A stretch of 64,000 nucleotides of DNA from Gammaproteobacteria bacterium (GTDB taxonomy: Bacteria > Pseudomonadota > Gammaproteobacteria > JAJPIJ01). The notes beneath the pieces are model-generated. The model saw only the letters and a program-made list of their open reading frames with translations. It was not told the DNA's origin and did no database searches. The DNA lies in contig JAWLAN010000011.1 of assembly GCA_041395385.1 (NCBI GenBank), positions 71,783 to 135,782 on the forward strand, read 5' to 3'. Positions 1 through 9,668 of the stretch are shown here, piece after piece; within the stretch, counting starts at the first letter, position 1, and each line of letters begins with the position of its first letter. The translations under genes were made by a program, and so were the position numbers.

Positions 1-5
1 GCCGC

Positions 6-722
6 TCAGTACTCATCGAACCAGGCGCGGCTGTGCAGGGGCTTCTCGCCCAGGTGCACCCGGAGCAGGGCGCGCAGCAGGCGCTTGGCCTCGGCACGGT
101 GCAACGGCGCCGTCAGCTGCTCCTCGCTGAGCGCCAGCAGGGTCGCCCCGGAGATCGCAATGCCTCCCTCAGGCGCCGCGTCCCCGTCCCGAACGGCGGT
201 CGGCCCGTGTCCGGGCACATAGCGGTAGAGGCGCTCGGGATCCACCGGCCTTGAGGTGTCCACGTCGCTGTCGAGTATGACGCCGTAACCGGCGGTCTCG
301 AGCAGATGTTTCTCGAATATTCGCAACGTCGGCTCGGCGGCGGCGGGCTCCACCGCCAGTCGCCCCAGCGCCGCTCGATAACGCGCGAAAAGTTCCGGAT
401 GCGCGTCGTTGCGGGGCAGCGCCCTGAGCAGCAGCTCGTTGAGATAGAACGCGCACAGCGCGGCCTGGCCCGTGAAGAGGAACGGCTCGCCCGCGGCCTC
501 CACCTGCGCGAGCGTCACCAGCTCGCTGCGGCGTGCAGACCATGCGGTCAGCAGCGGACGAAACGGCTGCAGCAGGGCGGCGAGCGGGCTGCCGCGTCGC
601 GTGACGCCCTTGGCCACGGCGCCGATGCGACCGTATCGCGCCGAGAACAACTCGACCAGCAGGCTGGATTCCCGGTAGCTGCGGCGGTGCAGGACGCAGG
701 CCTCGTGGAGCTCAGTCTGCAC
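6..722 (-). CDS. recO: DNA repair protein RecO
   Basis: 238-aa ORF with a GTG start and RecO-like sequence. It lies directly downstream of era in the conserved lepA-lepB-rnc-era-recO order. Confidence 0.8.
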   Translation of the reverse strand: MQTELHEACVLHRRSYRESSLLVELFSARYGRIGAVAKGVTRRGSPLAALLQPFRPLLTAWSARRSELVTLAQVEAAGEPFLFTGQAALCAFYLNELLLRALPRNDAHPELFARYRAALGRLAVEPAAAEPTLRIFEKHLLETAGYGVILDSDVDTSRPVDPERLYRYVPGHGPTAVRDGDAAPEGGIAISGATLLALSEEQLTAPLHRAEAKRLLRALLRVHLGEKPLHSRAWFDEY

Positions 723-757
723 GACCCGGACCCCCGCGGCGACAGCGGACGGGACGC

Positions 758-1648
758 TCAGTCGGCGGCGTCGATACCGAGTTGCCGTAGCAGGCGGCTG
801 TCATCGGACCAATTCTCCTTCACCCGCACCCAGGTCTGCAGGAACACCTTGCGGCCCAGGAATCTTTCGATGTCGTGGCGCGCCTGTTCCCCGATCCGGC
901 GCAGCATCTGGCCGCCCTTGCCCACGACGATGGGCTTCTGACCGCTCCTCTCCACCCAGATGGTCGCGGCGATCCGGGTCATCGGCTCCTCGTCCTTGAA
1001 CTCGTCGATGACCACGGTGGTGGCGTAAGGAAGCTCCTCGCCCAGCATCCGGATGAGCTTCTCCCGGACGATCTCGGCCACGAAGAATCGTTCGCCCCGG
1101 TCGGAGATCTGATCGCCGTCGTAGAGATGCTCGCGCTCGGGCAGCAGCGCGACGATGCAGCGGCGCAGGACTTCGACATTGTCTCCGTTGCGTGCGGAGA
1201 CCGGCACGATGTCGTGAAAGGCATGCCTGGCGGCGAGATCCTGGAGCACCGGCAGCAACGTCCCCTTCTCCTTGCAGAGATCGACCTTGTTGACCGCCAG
1301 GATGACGGGCAGGCCCGAGGCCTGGGCCTGCGCGAGCGCGTGATCGTCGACCTCGGTCCAGCGGCCGGCCTGCACCACGAACAGCACCAGGTCGACCCCC
1401 TGGAGCGCGCCCAGGGCCTCGCGATTCATCGAGCGATTGAGCGCCCTGGCGGGGCGCGCCTGCAGGCCGGGCGTGTCCACGTACACGACCTGCGTCTCGC
1501 CCTCGGTGTGGATGCCCAGTATGCGCTGGCGCGTGGTCTGCGGCTTGCGGGAGGTGATGCTGAGCTTCTGGCCGAGCAGCCTGTTCAGGAGCGTCGACTT
1601 GCCGACGTTCGGACAGCCGAAGATGGCCACCATACCGCAACGAGACAT
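758..1648 (-). CDS. era: GTPase Era
   Basis: G1 motif GCPNVGKST, DTPG, NKVD and a C-terminal KH-like region. Start trimmed to MSRCGMVAIFG, which aligns with the E. coli Era N-terminus. The upstream part of the track ORF is a frame artefact. Short overlap with the rnc stop. Confidence 0.9.
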   Translation of the reverse strand: MSRCGMVAIFGCPNVGKSTLLNRLLGQKLSITSRKPQTTRQRILGIHTEGETQVVYVDTPGLQARPARALNRSMNREALGALQGVDLVLFVVQAGRWTEVDDHALAQAQASGLPVILAVNKVDLCKEKGTLLPVLQDLAARHAFHDIVPVSARNGDNVEVLRRCIVALLPEREHLYDGDQISDRGERFFVAEIVREKLIRMLGEELPYATTVVIDEFKDEEPMTRIAATIWVERSGQKPIVVGKGGQMLRRIGEQARHDIERFLGRKVFLQTWVRVKENWSDDSRLLRQLGIDAAD

Positions 1649-1649
1649 G

Positions 1650-2330
1650 CTAGCCGCCCCGCGCGCCCGCTCGGCGCAGGCGCGCGAGCATCCGCTCCGC
1701 GGCCTGCTGTTCGGCATGCCGCCGGCTGCGGCCCTCGCCGGTGACGGGAGCCGTGGCATCCTCCAGCGTGCATTCGACGACGAAATGCTGGTCGTGAGGG
1801 TCGCCCTCCACCCGCGTCGTGCGGTAGACGGGCAGCGGCCGACCGCGCGCCTGCAGCCACTCCTGCAGCTCGGTCTTGGGATCCTTGGTCATTTCCGCGG
1901 CGGACAGGCCGGCGATCCGCCGCTCGAGCAGACGCGTGATCGCGGCCCGGCAGGGCTCATACCCGCCGTCCAGGTAGATGGCGCCCAGGACTGCCTCCAG
2001 CGCGTTGGCGAGGATGGAGGCCCGGCGAAAGCCGCCGCTCTTCAGCTCGCCCTCGCCGAGCCGAAGGTGCGCGCCGAGATCCAGTTCGGCGGCCACCTCG
2101 GCGAGCGTCTCCTTGCGCACCAGCGCGGCACGCAGGCGGGTGAGCAGCCCTTCATCGGCGTCCGGGTAGCGACGGTACAGCTCCTCGGCAACGACCAGTC
2201 CCAGCATCGCGTCGCCAAGGAACTCCAGGCGCTCGTTGTGAGGATATCCGGCGCTGCGATGCGTGAGCGCCTGCGCGCACAGGCGCCCGTCGGTGAATTC
2301 GTATTGGAGTACCTGGGACAGTCTGGCCAA
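1650..2330 (-). CDS. rnc: ribonuclease III
   Basis: RNase III signature ERLEFLGDA plus a C-terminal dsRNA-binding region. 226 aa. Confidence 0.92.
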   Translation of the reverse strand: MARLSQVLQYEFTDGRLCAQALTHRSAGYPHNERLEFLGDAMLGLVVAEELYRRYPDADEGLLTRLRAALVRKETLAEVAAELDLGAHLRLGEGELKSGGFRRASILANALEAVLGAIYLDGGYEPCRAAITRLLERRIAGLSAAEMTKDPKTELQEWLQARGRPLPVYRTTRVEGDPHDQHFVVECTLEDATAPVTGEGRSRRHAEQQAAERMLARLRRAGARGG

Positions 2331-2380
2331 GGCCGCCTCTGCCCTGCGCCTGGGGTCGCCGGCGTCGCGGGGCAGCGTGC

Positions 2381-2782
2381 TCAGGGGGTGTAGGCCGGGA
2401 TGGCGATCTGCTTGTCCACCTTGAGGACGACATCGAGCGCCCCCAGGAAAGGAGCACGGATCTCGTACTTCATGCTCATCGTGCGGCCTTCATTGTCCTT
2501 GTTCTTGGTGACGATGAAGATCTTCTTCAGATCCTCCGGGCGGCTGAACTTGTCCACGTCCTCGATCTCGAAGTGCCGCAGCAGTCTGTTCTTCATGTCG
2601 CTCTCTTCGAGCGTGCGAATCTCGGGCTGCGCGGCGAGCGACTGCATCGCCTTCTCGACCTTGAACTTCTCCATGTACAGCGGCAAGAGCTTGATGATGA
2701 CCAGCGCCACCGCGCCGATCAGCACGCAGTAGAACAACAGCTCCCAAAGACTCAGACCCCGCTGCCGATGCAATAGGTTCAT
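2381..2782 (-). CDS. DUF4845-like small membrane protein found between lepB and rnc
   Basis: 133 aa with an N-terminal transmembrane helix. It occupies the conserved lepB-rnc position seen in many gammaproteobacteria. GC content is lower than its neighbours. Confidence 0.6.
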   Translation of the reverse strand: MNLLHRQRGLSLWELLFYCVLIGAVALVIIKLLPLYMEKFKVEKAMQSLAAQPEIRTLEESDMKNRLLRHFEIEDVDKFSRPEDLKKIFIVTKNKDNEGRTMSMKYEIRAPFLGALDVVLKVDKQIAIPAYTP

Positions 2783-2802
2783 CTTGCCCCCTCCCCGTCA
2801 AG

Positions 2803-3627
2803 TCAATGGATACGCTGGCCCAGGCGCCGCCAGTCAATTATATGGTCCTTGTTCTGCAGATCGAAATTCATCCAGATGTACACCGCCCGGCCGATGAGAT
2901 TCTCGTCGGGGACGTAGCCCCAGAACCGGCTGTCCCGGCTGTTGTCCCGGTTGTCGCCCATGACGAAATAGTGCCCCTCCGGGACGATGCTCTCCCCGTC
3001 CATGGACGGCATCTGGGGCCGGAGGAGGATCCGGTGCTCCACGTCCCCCAGCTTTTCCGTCATGACCGGGTCGCCGTTCTGATCCGAGCCGGCCCCGCTG
3101 CCGAGATAGGTACCGGCCGGTTCCTGCGCCATCGCCTGGCCGTTGACGTATATGGTGCGATCCCGGTACTCGATGTGGTCGCCAGGCAATCCCACGACCC
3201 GCTTGATGAAGGGTGTCGAGGGGTCCACCGGATAGCGGAACACGACGATGTCGCCGCGTCTCGGCGCCCCCAGCTCGACGAATTTCTTGTTGAGCACCGG
3301 CAGGCGCAGGCCGTAGTTGAACTTGTTCACGAGGATGAAGTCGCCCACCAGCAGCGTCGGCATCATCGAGCCGGAGGGGATCCGGAACGGCTCGAACAGG
3401 AACGACCGCAGCAGCAGGACGACGAGAAAGATCGGGAAGAACGAGCGCGCGTAGTCCACGATCACCGGTTCGCGACGCGAAGCCTGTATCGTCCTGTCCT
3501 CGGCGCTCGCGGTGCGCGTCATCGTGGCACGCTGGCGCCGCGGCGCCAGCACCCATGCGTCGATTGCCCAGATGAGACCGCTCACCAGAGTCAACAGCAC
3601 CAGCAGCAGAGAGAAGTCGAAGTTCAT
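2803..3627 (-). CDS. lepB: signal peptidase I
   Basis: SPase I boxes ([30 protein letters not shown]). Start [10 protein letters not shown] gives an ATGA overlap with the lepA stop. The upstream 177 codons of the track ORF overlap lepA in another frame and are an artefact. Confidence 0.9.
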   Translation of the reverse strand: MNFDFSLLLVLLTLVSGLIWAIDAWVLAPRRQRATMTRTASAEDRTIQASRREPVIVDYARSFFPIFLVVLLLRSFLFEPFRIPSGSMMPTLLVGDFILVNKFNYGLRLPVLNKKFVELGAPRRGDIVVFRYPVDPSTPFIKRVVGLPGDHIEYRDRTIYVNGQAMAQEPAGTYLGSGAGSDQNGDPVMTEKLGDVEHRILLRPQMPSMDGESIVPEGHYFVMGDNRDNSRDSRFWGYVPDENLIGRAVYIWMNFDLQNKDHIIDWRRLGQRIH

Positions 3628-5420
3628 TTTTCCTTGCCTATGCTCAATACCGCCATGAAGGCCTCCTGGGGGATCTCCACGGTGCCGAACTGCTTCATGC
3701 GCTTCTTGCCCTCCTTCTGCTTCTCGAGCAACTTGCGCTTCCGGGTGATGTCGCCCCCGTAGCATTTCGCCAGGACGTTCTTGCGCATCGCCTTGACCGT
3801 CTCGCGCGCGATGATGTTGGAGCCGATGGCGGCCTGTATGGCCACGTCGAACATCTGCCGCGGGATGAGCTCGCGCATCTTCTCGGCCAGCTCGCGCCCC
3901 CTGCGCTGGGCGTTGTCCTGGTGCACGATGAGCGACAGGGCGTCGACCTTCTCGCCGTTGATGAGGATGTCCACCTTGACGAGCTTCGCCGGTTGGTGGC
4001 GCAGGAAGGTGTAGTCCATCGAGGCGTATCCGCGCGTCACCGACTTCAGCCGGTCGAAGAAATCCGTGACCATCTCGCTCAGCGGCATTTCGTAGGTGAT
4101 CGCGACCTGGCCGCCCAGGTACTGCATGCGTTTCTGCACGCCGCGGCGCTCCGCGCACAGGGTGATGACGTTGCCGAGGTACTGGTGCGGCACGAGGACG
4201 TCGGCCTGGATGATGGGCTCGCGGATCTCCTCGATCTTGTTCACCGGCGGCAGCTGTGCCGGGTTGTCGACCTGCAGCACCTCGGCGCCGGTCGTCAGCA
4301 CCTCGTAAACCACCGTCGGCGCCGTGGTGATGAGGTTGAGGTTGTATTCACGTTCCAGGCGCTCCTGCACGATCTCCATGTGCAGCATGCCGAGGAATCC
4401 GCAGCGGAATCCGAATCCCAGCGACTGGGAGGTCTCCGGTTCGTATTGCAGCGCGGAATCGTTCAGGCGCAGCTTCGCCAGGGCCTCGCGGAAGGCCTCG
4501 TAGTCGGCCTGGTCGATCGGATACATGCCGGCGAACACGTTGGGCTTGATGCGCTTGAACCCCGGCAGCGCCTCCTTCGCGGGGCGGCCGGCGTCGGTGA
4601 GTGTGTCGCCGACCGGGGCGCCATCGACCTCCTTGATCCCCGCGATCACCCATCCCACCTCTCCGGCCTGCAACACCTCGCGGTCGACCTTCTTCGGCGT
4701 GGAGACCCCGACCCTGTCGACCTCGAAGTCACGCCCGGTCGACATCACCCTGATCTTGGAGCCGACCCGCAGGCTGCCGTCCACGACCCGCACGAGCGAG
4801 ACCACGCCCAGGTAGTTGTCGAACCATGAATCGATGATCAACGCCTTCAGCGGCCCCCCGGGATCCCCGCGGGGCGGCGGTATGCGATCCACCAGCACGT
4901 GCAGCAACTCGCGCACGCCGGTGCCCAGCTTGGCGCTCACCCTGACGGCGTCGGTGGCGTCGATGCCGATGATCTCCTCGATCTCCTGGATGACCCGGTC
5001 GGGGTCGGCGGCCGGCAGGTCTATCTTGTTCAGGACCGGCAGCACCGTCAGGCCCTGATCGACGGCCGTGTGGCAGTTCGCCACCGACTGGGCCTCCACG
5101 CCCTGGGCCGCGTCGACCACCAGCAGCGCCCCCTCGCACGCCGCCAGCGAGCGTGAGACCTCGTAGGCGAAGTCGACGTGACCCGGGGTGTCGATGATGT
5201 TGAGCTGATAGACCTTGCCGGTGTCGGCCTTGAACGCCAGCATGACGCTCTGGGCCTTGATGGTGATGCCGCGTTCACGCTCCAGGTCCATGGAATCCAG
5301 CACCTGCGACTCCATCTCGCGCTGGGTGAGCCCCCCGCAGATCTCGATCAACCGGTCGGCGAGCGTCGACTTGCCGTGGTCGATGTGGGCGATGATGGAG
5401 AAGTTTCGAATGTGGTCCAT
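3624..5420 (-). CDS. lepA: elongation factor 4 (LepA)
   Basis: Translational GTPase motifs ([22 protein letters not shown]). N-terminus [19 protein letters not shown]. 598 aa after trimming the upstream frame artefact. Confidence 0.93.
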   Translation of the reverse strand: MDHIRNFSIIAHIDHGKSTLADRLIEICGGLTQREMESQVLDSMDLERERGITIKAQSVMLAFKADTGKVYQLNIIDTPGHVDFAYEVSRSLAACEGALLVVDAAQGVEAQSVANCHTAVDQGLTVLPVLNKIDLPAADPDRVIQEIEEIIGIDATDAVRVSAKLGTGVRELLHVLVDRIPPPRGDPGGPLKALIIDSWFDNYLGVVSLVRVVDGSLRVGSKIRVMSTGRDFEVDRVGVSTPKKVDREVLQAGEVGWVIAGIKEVDGAPVGDTLTDAGRPAKEALPGFKRIKPNVFAGMYPIDQADYEAFREALAKLRLNDSALQYEPETSQSLGFGFRCGFLGMLHMEIVQERLEREYNLNLITTAPTVVYEVLTTGAEVLQVDNPAQLPPVNKIEEIREPIIQADVLVPHQYLGNVITLCAERRGVQKRMQYLGGQVAITYEMPLSEMVTDFFDRLKSVTRGYASMDYTFLRHQPAKLVKVDILINGEKVDALSLIVHQDNAQRRGRELAEKMRELIPRQMFDVAIQAAIGSNIIARETVKAMRKNVLAKCYGGDITRKRKLLEKQKEGKKRMKQFGTVEIPQEAFMAVLSIGKEK

Positions 5421-5496
5421 GCCGGCGCGGGCGTTCGTATTTCCGGGAGTTTCCGCGCATCTGAACCGCGCGCCCGCCATCGGGCGGGAGAGCAAA

Positions 5497-5799
5497 TCAA
5501 GGGGTCTGTCGATCGCGCGCCGATTCTAGCGTTTTTGCGGCGCTGCCGAAACCATTGACGCCCAGGCGGCGGATCACGGCCCCGGCATCCAGGTGGTAGT
5601 GGCAGATCTCGGTGCGCCCGTCGAGCAGCACCGGGACGAGCTCGTCGTACCGGGACAGGAGGGCCTCCTGACCGGCAGCGTCGATGTCGATGAGCTCGAT
5701 GTCGAAGTCGTGCGTGGCCTGCAGGGCCTGAAGCGCCCTCAGCATGTCCTCGCACAGATGGCAATAAGACCGCGAGAGCAGCGTCAGCCGCGGCTTCAC
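5497..5799 (-). CDS. glutaredoxin-family small protein (DUF836-like, CxxC)
   Basis: 100 aa ending the track ORF. N-terminal [15 protein letters not shown] thioredoxin-fold CxxC motif. The only plausible start is GTG (VKPRLTLL), which overlaps the degP stop codon. Confidence 0.6.
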   Translation of the reverse strand: MKPRLTLLSRSYCHLCEDMLRALQALQATHDFDIELIDIDAAGQEALLSRYDELVPVLLDGRTEICHYHLDAGAVIRRLGVNGFGSAAKTLESARDRQTP

Positions 5800-7241
5800 C
5801 CCTTTTCGTCCCCCGGCACCTTCAGTGCCAGGAATACCGGCCCGCCGCGACGCTGTATCAGCACCGGCACCGACTTGCCCGCTGGCAGCTTCTCGACGAT
5901 CGCCTTGAACTGCCTGGCGTTCTCCACCTTCTGGTTGTCCACCATCATGATGACGTCGCCTTCGCGGATCCCCGCCTTGTAGGCCGGCCCCTCCTCCACC
6001 TCGGTGACGATGACGCCTCGGTCGTCGACCTCGAGTTCGTCGCGCTGCTGCTTGGTCAGGTCGCTGACCGTGATCTTCAGGTGACTGTCCGTGCTGCCCT
6101 TGGGTGCGCCCTCGCGCTGGCCGAGCATCGGCGCGAGCTCGTCCTCCTTGGGCAGCTCCGCCACGGCGACCTGCAGGGACTCGATCCGCCCATTGCGCAT
6201 CACCTTGAGCGGCACCGTCTCGCCGATTCGGGTGCTGCCGACCAGGGGCGGCAGGTCCGAGGAGGCGTCGATCGGCCTGCCCGCAAACTCGAGCACCACG
6301 TCGCCGGCCTGTATGCCGGCCTTGGCGGCCGGTCCGTCGGGCACCACCTTGGAGACCAGCGCTCCGTGCGGTTTGTCCATCTTGAACGACTCCGCGAGGT
6401 CCTGGGTGACGTCCTGGATGATGACGCCGAGCCAGCCCCGGCTCACCGCGCCCTTCTCGCGCAACTGCTCGTAGACGTTCATCACCACCTCGATCGGGAT
6501 GGCGAAGGAAAGCCCCATGAAGCCGCCGGTGCGGCTGAAGATCTGGGAGTTCACGCCGACCACCTCGCCGTCCAGATTGAACAGCGGGCCTCCGGAATTG
6601 CCGGGATTGATGGCGACGTCGGTCTGGATGAAAGGCGTGTAATTCTCGTTCGGCAGGCTGCGGCCCTTGGCGCTGACGATGCCGGCCGTCGCCGAATGGT
6701 CGAACCCGAACGGGGAGCCGATCGCGAGCACCCACTCGCCGACCTTCAGGTCGGCGGAGCTGCCGACCTTCACCGTGGGCAGGTTCTGGGCCTCGATCTT
6801 GAGCACGGCAAGGTCGCTACGCTCGTCGGTGCCGATGAGCTTGGCCTTGAATTCGCGCCGGTCGCTCAGCCGCACCATGATCTCGTCGGCATTCTTGACC
6901 ACATGGTTGTTGGTGATGACGTAGCCGTCGCGGGAGATGATGAATCCCGAGCCGAGCGACTCCGCGGGCACGTCGCCCCCGAAGCCTTCCTGACCTTCGA
7001 AGAACTTCTTCAGAAAGTCGTGCAACGGGCTGTCCTCGGGGATGTCCGGGATCTTGAAGTCCTTCGGCATCCCGGGGACTCCCTTCGGAGCCGTCACGGT
7101 GGTGCCGATGTTGACCACCGCCGGTCCGTACTCCTCCACCAGCTGCGTGAACTCGGGCAGCGATCGCGCGGAGGATGCGCCCGCCCATGCGCACAGCAAG
7201 GCGGCGGCCAGCACGAACGGGTAGCGTTTGAGAGCCTGCAT
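5796..7241 (-). CDS. periplasmic serine endoprotease DegP/MucD (HtrA family)
   Basis: Signal peptide, trypsin-like catalytic region (GNSGGPL) and two PDZ-like regions. 481 aa. Confidence 0.9.
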   Translation of the reverse strand: MQALKRYPFVLAAALLCAWAGASSARSLPEFTQLVEEYGPAVVNIGTTVTAPKGVPGMPKDFKIPDIPEDSPLHDFLKKFFEGQEGFGGDVPAESLGSGFIISRDGYVITNNHVVKNADEIMVRLSDRREFKAKLIGTDERSDLAVLKIEAQNLPTVKVGSSADLKVGEWVLAIGSPFGFDHSATAGIVSAKGRSLPNENYTPFIQTDVAINPGNSGGPLFNLDGEVVGVNSQIFSRTGGFMGLSFAIPIEVVMNVYEQLREKGAVSRGWLGVIIQDVTQDLAESFKMDKPHGALVSKVVPDGPAAKAGIQAGDVVLEFAGRPIDASSDLPPLVGSTRIGETVPLKVMRNGRIESLQVAVAELPKEDELAPMLGQREGAPKGSTDSHLKITVSDLTKQQRDELEVDDRGVIVTEVEEGPAYKAGIREGDVIMMVDNQKVENARQFKAIVEKLPAGKSVPVLIQRRGGPVFLALKVPGDEKG

Positions 7242-7284
7242 AGTGACTTCCTCGAGGATGATTCGGTGGCGTCGTGAGACGCGG

Positions 7285-8286
7285 TCAATGCTTGGTTGCG
7301 AGGACCACGGAGCCCGCGACCTGGCGCACCGTGAGCGGCGGCACTTCGCCCACGACCGTGACCTGATAATTGTCGTTCAATCTGCTGTAGGTGTTCACGG
7401 CGCCCACGGCGGTGAACCCCTCCATCGAATCGGCCTTGTCCTTGAGTTCCTCGACGAACACCGAGATCGTCGCCAGCCCGTCGGAGAACACGATATGCTC
7501 GACGGGCGAATCGCTGGCGGAGAGGCGCTGGATCTTGTACTCGCGCTGCGAAAACCCCTCCGGCACCCACTGCACCAGCCATTTCTGCGTGACGGGCAAT
7601 TCCAGGGATTCGGACTCCCCGGAGCTGCTCTTGTCGAAGGTCGTGAAGTTCTCGCTGTTTACCGCCGGTTGCAGCAGGTCATCGGCGATAGTCGCCGGCA
7701 ACGACAGCTGGGTGAAGAGTATCTGCTCCAGGATGGTGCCGCGGCTGTTGACGACCTCCGAACGAAGCAGGAGCCGATTCTCGGCATCGATCCAGAATCG
7801 ATAGCCATAGCGAAACGCGTTGCGCGGCAGGACGCCGACTACCCAGGCACGCCGCCCGGCGACACGGTCCCGACCGATCATCTCGAACTGGTAGTTGAGC
7901 GCGATCTCCGATGCGGGCTGCCGGAAGGTGGGGAGAAACTTGCGCATGGCGCGTTTCTCGATCATCACCGCGCGGCGGTCCGGCAGGTAGCATTTCACCG
8001 TGTCGTTGCTGCGTATGACCTCGCGCGGCGATCCCGACAGGGAGACGATGCGCTCCTGCTCGCCATTCTCGTCGGCGCGATGGATGATGCGCATGCTGTC
8101 GGCGTCGGCGCCGCGGCTGTAAACGAACACGCCGTCGTAGTTCAGTTCGCGCGTCGCCCTGGCCATGCTCTCGAACAGGCTTTCGGGACTGGGATCGCCC
8201 CCGGCCTCGGCCTGGATGTGCCCGGTGGCCAGCAGCGCGACCAGCCATAGCCAGACGCGGCCCCGGGACTTTGCGGTCACCGCCAT
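7285..8286 (-). CDS. rseB: sigma-E regulatory protein RseB/MucB
   Basis: 333 aa with a signal peptide and MucB/RseB-like sequence. Lies downstream of rseA. Confidence 0.85.
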   Translation of the reverse strand: MAVTAKSRGRVWLWLVALLATGHIQAEAGGDPSPESLFESMARATRELNYDGVFVYSRGADADSMRIIHRADENGEQERIVSLSGSPREVIRSNDTVKCYLPDRRAVMIEKRAMRKFLPTFRQPASEIALNYQFEMIGRDRVAGRRAWVVGVLPRNAFRYGYRFWIDAENRLLLRSEVVNSRGTILEQILFTQLSLPATIADDLLQPAVNSENFTTFDKSSSGESESLELPVTQKWLVQWVPEGFSQREYKIQRLSASDSPVEHIVFSDGLATISVFVEELKDKADSMEGFTAVGAVNTYSRLNDNYQVTVVGEVPPLTVRQVAGSVVLATKH

Positions 8287-8289
8287 TCG

Positions 8290-8943
8290 CTACTGTTCCG
8301 TGCCGTAACCGACGACCTTGACGTATGGGAGCACGCCCGGGCTGCCCATCATGGCGCGCTGTTCACTGTAGTTGACGATGTAGCTGTTCAATCTGGACCG
8401 AGCCGAGGGCATGGGCGCGCCGCCCGCTTCGTGATCCGGTTCGCCCCAGAACGCGTCGCCGGGGCCGTAGGCGCCGACCGCCCGTAGCGGTGCCTGCACG
8501 GGCGCCTCGACCAGCGTGGCTGCCGGCGCGACGGGCCGCTGCGCGACCACCGGCGAGCCGGCGGGCAGCGTTACCGTCGAGGTCGCGACCGCCGCGTTCG
8601 GCGAGACCGAGGAGGTGCCCATGTTGCGCACCCCGAACACCGCCACGGCGGCGACCGTCGCCGCGATGGCGGCCCCCGCCAGCGGTTTCGCCCAGCTCTC
8701 CCTGCGGCGCGCCGGGCAGAGCACCGTCGGTTCCGCGCCGAGCGCCTGCCGGAGGCGGTCGGCGAACTGCCGGTCGAGGTAGGGCGGAAGTTCCGCGCGC
8801 ATCGCCTGGCCGATGAGGTGGTAACGCGCCCAGCAGGCGCGCATCTCCGGGTCATTGAGGCCGTTGTCAACGGCACGGCGCTCGATCTCCGTGCACTCTC
8901 CGTCCAAATACGAGGACAGCTTCAGCAGCTTCTCATCTGTCAT
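8290..8943 (-). CDS. rseA: anti-sigma-E factor RseA/MucA
   Basis: N-terminal anti-sigma region (LSSYLDGE) and a central transmembrane segment. Start taken at ATG (MTDEK) rather than the upstream TTG of the track ORF. Confidence 0.8.
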   Translation of the reverse strand: MTDEKLLKLSSYLDGECTEIERRAVDNGLNDPEMRACWARYHLIGQAMRAELPPYLDRQFADRLRQALGAEPTVLCPARRRESWAKPLAGAAIAATVAAVAVFGVRNMGTSSVSPNAAVATSTVTLPAGSPVVAQRPVAPAATLVEAPVQAPLRAVGAYGPGDAFWGEPDHEAGGAPMPSARSRLNSYIVNYSEQRAMMGSPGVLPYVKVVGYGTEQ

Positions 8944-8953
8944 AAACACCCGC

Positions 8954-9532
8954 CTACTCAAGTAACGGCTTCAACTGGTTGTCTATCGCCTCGCGCGCCC
9001 GGAATATCCGGGAACGCACCGTGCCGATCGGGCATTCCATCACCTCGGCTATCTCCTCGTAACTCAGACCGTCCATCTCGCGCAGCGTGATGGCGGTTCG
9101 CAGATCCTCGGGCAACCGTTCGATTGTCCGGAACACCGTGTCCTTGATCTGCTCGGTCAGCAGGAGGTTCTCAGGTGTTTCGACCTCATGCTGCAACTCT
9201 TCAATATTGACCTCGCCGTCCTCGTCGTTCCCGCTCAGGTTGGCCTCCAGCGGCCGCCGCGACAGCGTCACCAGGTGGTTCTTGGCCGTATTGATGGCAA
9301 TGCGGTAGAGCCACGTGTAGAAGGCGCTGTCGCCACGAAAGTTCGGCAGGGCGCGATAGGCCTTGAGGAAGGATTCCTGGGCCACGTCCAGCGCCTCGCT
9401 GGGGTCGCGGATGTAGCGCGACACGAGCTTGACGATCTTGTGTTGGTACTTGAGGACCAGCAGGTCAAACGCACTCTTGTCGCCACGCTGTACCCTCTCG
9501 ACCAACGGTCTATCCGTGCTGCTGTCGCCCAT
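8954..9532 (-). CDS. rpoE: RNA polymerase sigma-24 (sigma-E / AlgU)
   Basis: 192 aa ECF sigma factor. Region 2 motif (YRALPNFRGDSAFYTWLYRIA) and region 4 HTH. The flanking rseA-rseB-degP context is consistent with rpoE. Confidence 0.93.
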   Translation of the reverse strand: MGDSSTDRPLVERVQRGDKSAFDLLVLKYQHKIVKLVSRYIRDPSEALDVAQESFLKAYRALPNFRGDSAFYTWLYRIAINTAKNHLVTLSRRPLEANLSGNDEDGEVNIEELQHEVETPENLLLTEQIKDTVFRTIERLPEDLRTAITLREMDGLSYEEIAEVMECPIGTVRSRIFRAREAIDNQLKPLLE

Positions 9533-9583
9533 GCGGGCCGTCTCCTTGTATCATCAGCACGGTGCGTACAAGCTCCTGTGGGC

Positions 9584-9612
9584 GTAGACCATTCAGGTGT
9601 GAGTTAGGTTCC
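9584..9612 (-). promoter_or_regulatory. candidate sigma-E-type promoter upstream of rpoE
   Basis: On the minus strand, GGAACCT, about 17 nt of spacer, then TCTAC. It ends about 50 nt upstream of the rpoE ATG. The pattern resembles the autoregulated sigma-E promoter consensus GGAACTT-N16-TCnnA. Confidence 0.35.
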
Positions 9613-9668
9613 ATGAGATCTCGGGCCGGCCGCCGGAGACCAATCGGCGGATTATCGACGATTTGAAG

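Noticed and set aside
801-1640. 279-aa minus-strand ORF overlapping era in another frame
   Set aside because: Arg/Ala/Pro/Gly-rich translation typical of an off-frame reading of high-GC coding DNA. Era explains the region.
5800-6735. Upstream 310 codons of the 412-aa track ORF ending in the glutaredoxin-like gene
   Set aside because: They overlap degP in another frame with Arg/Gly-rich nonsense. Only the last 100 codons form a credible gene.
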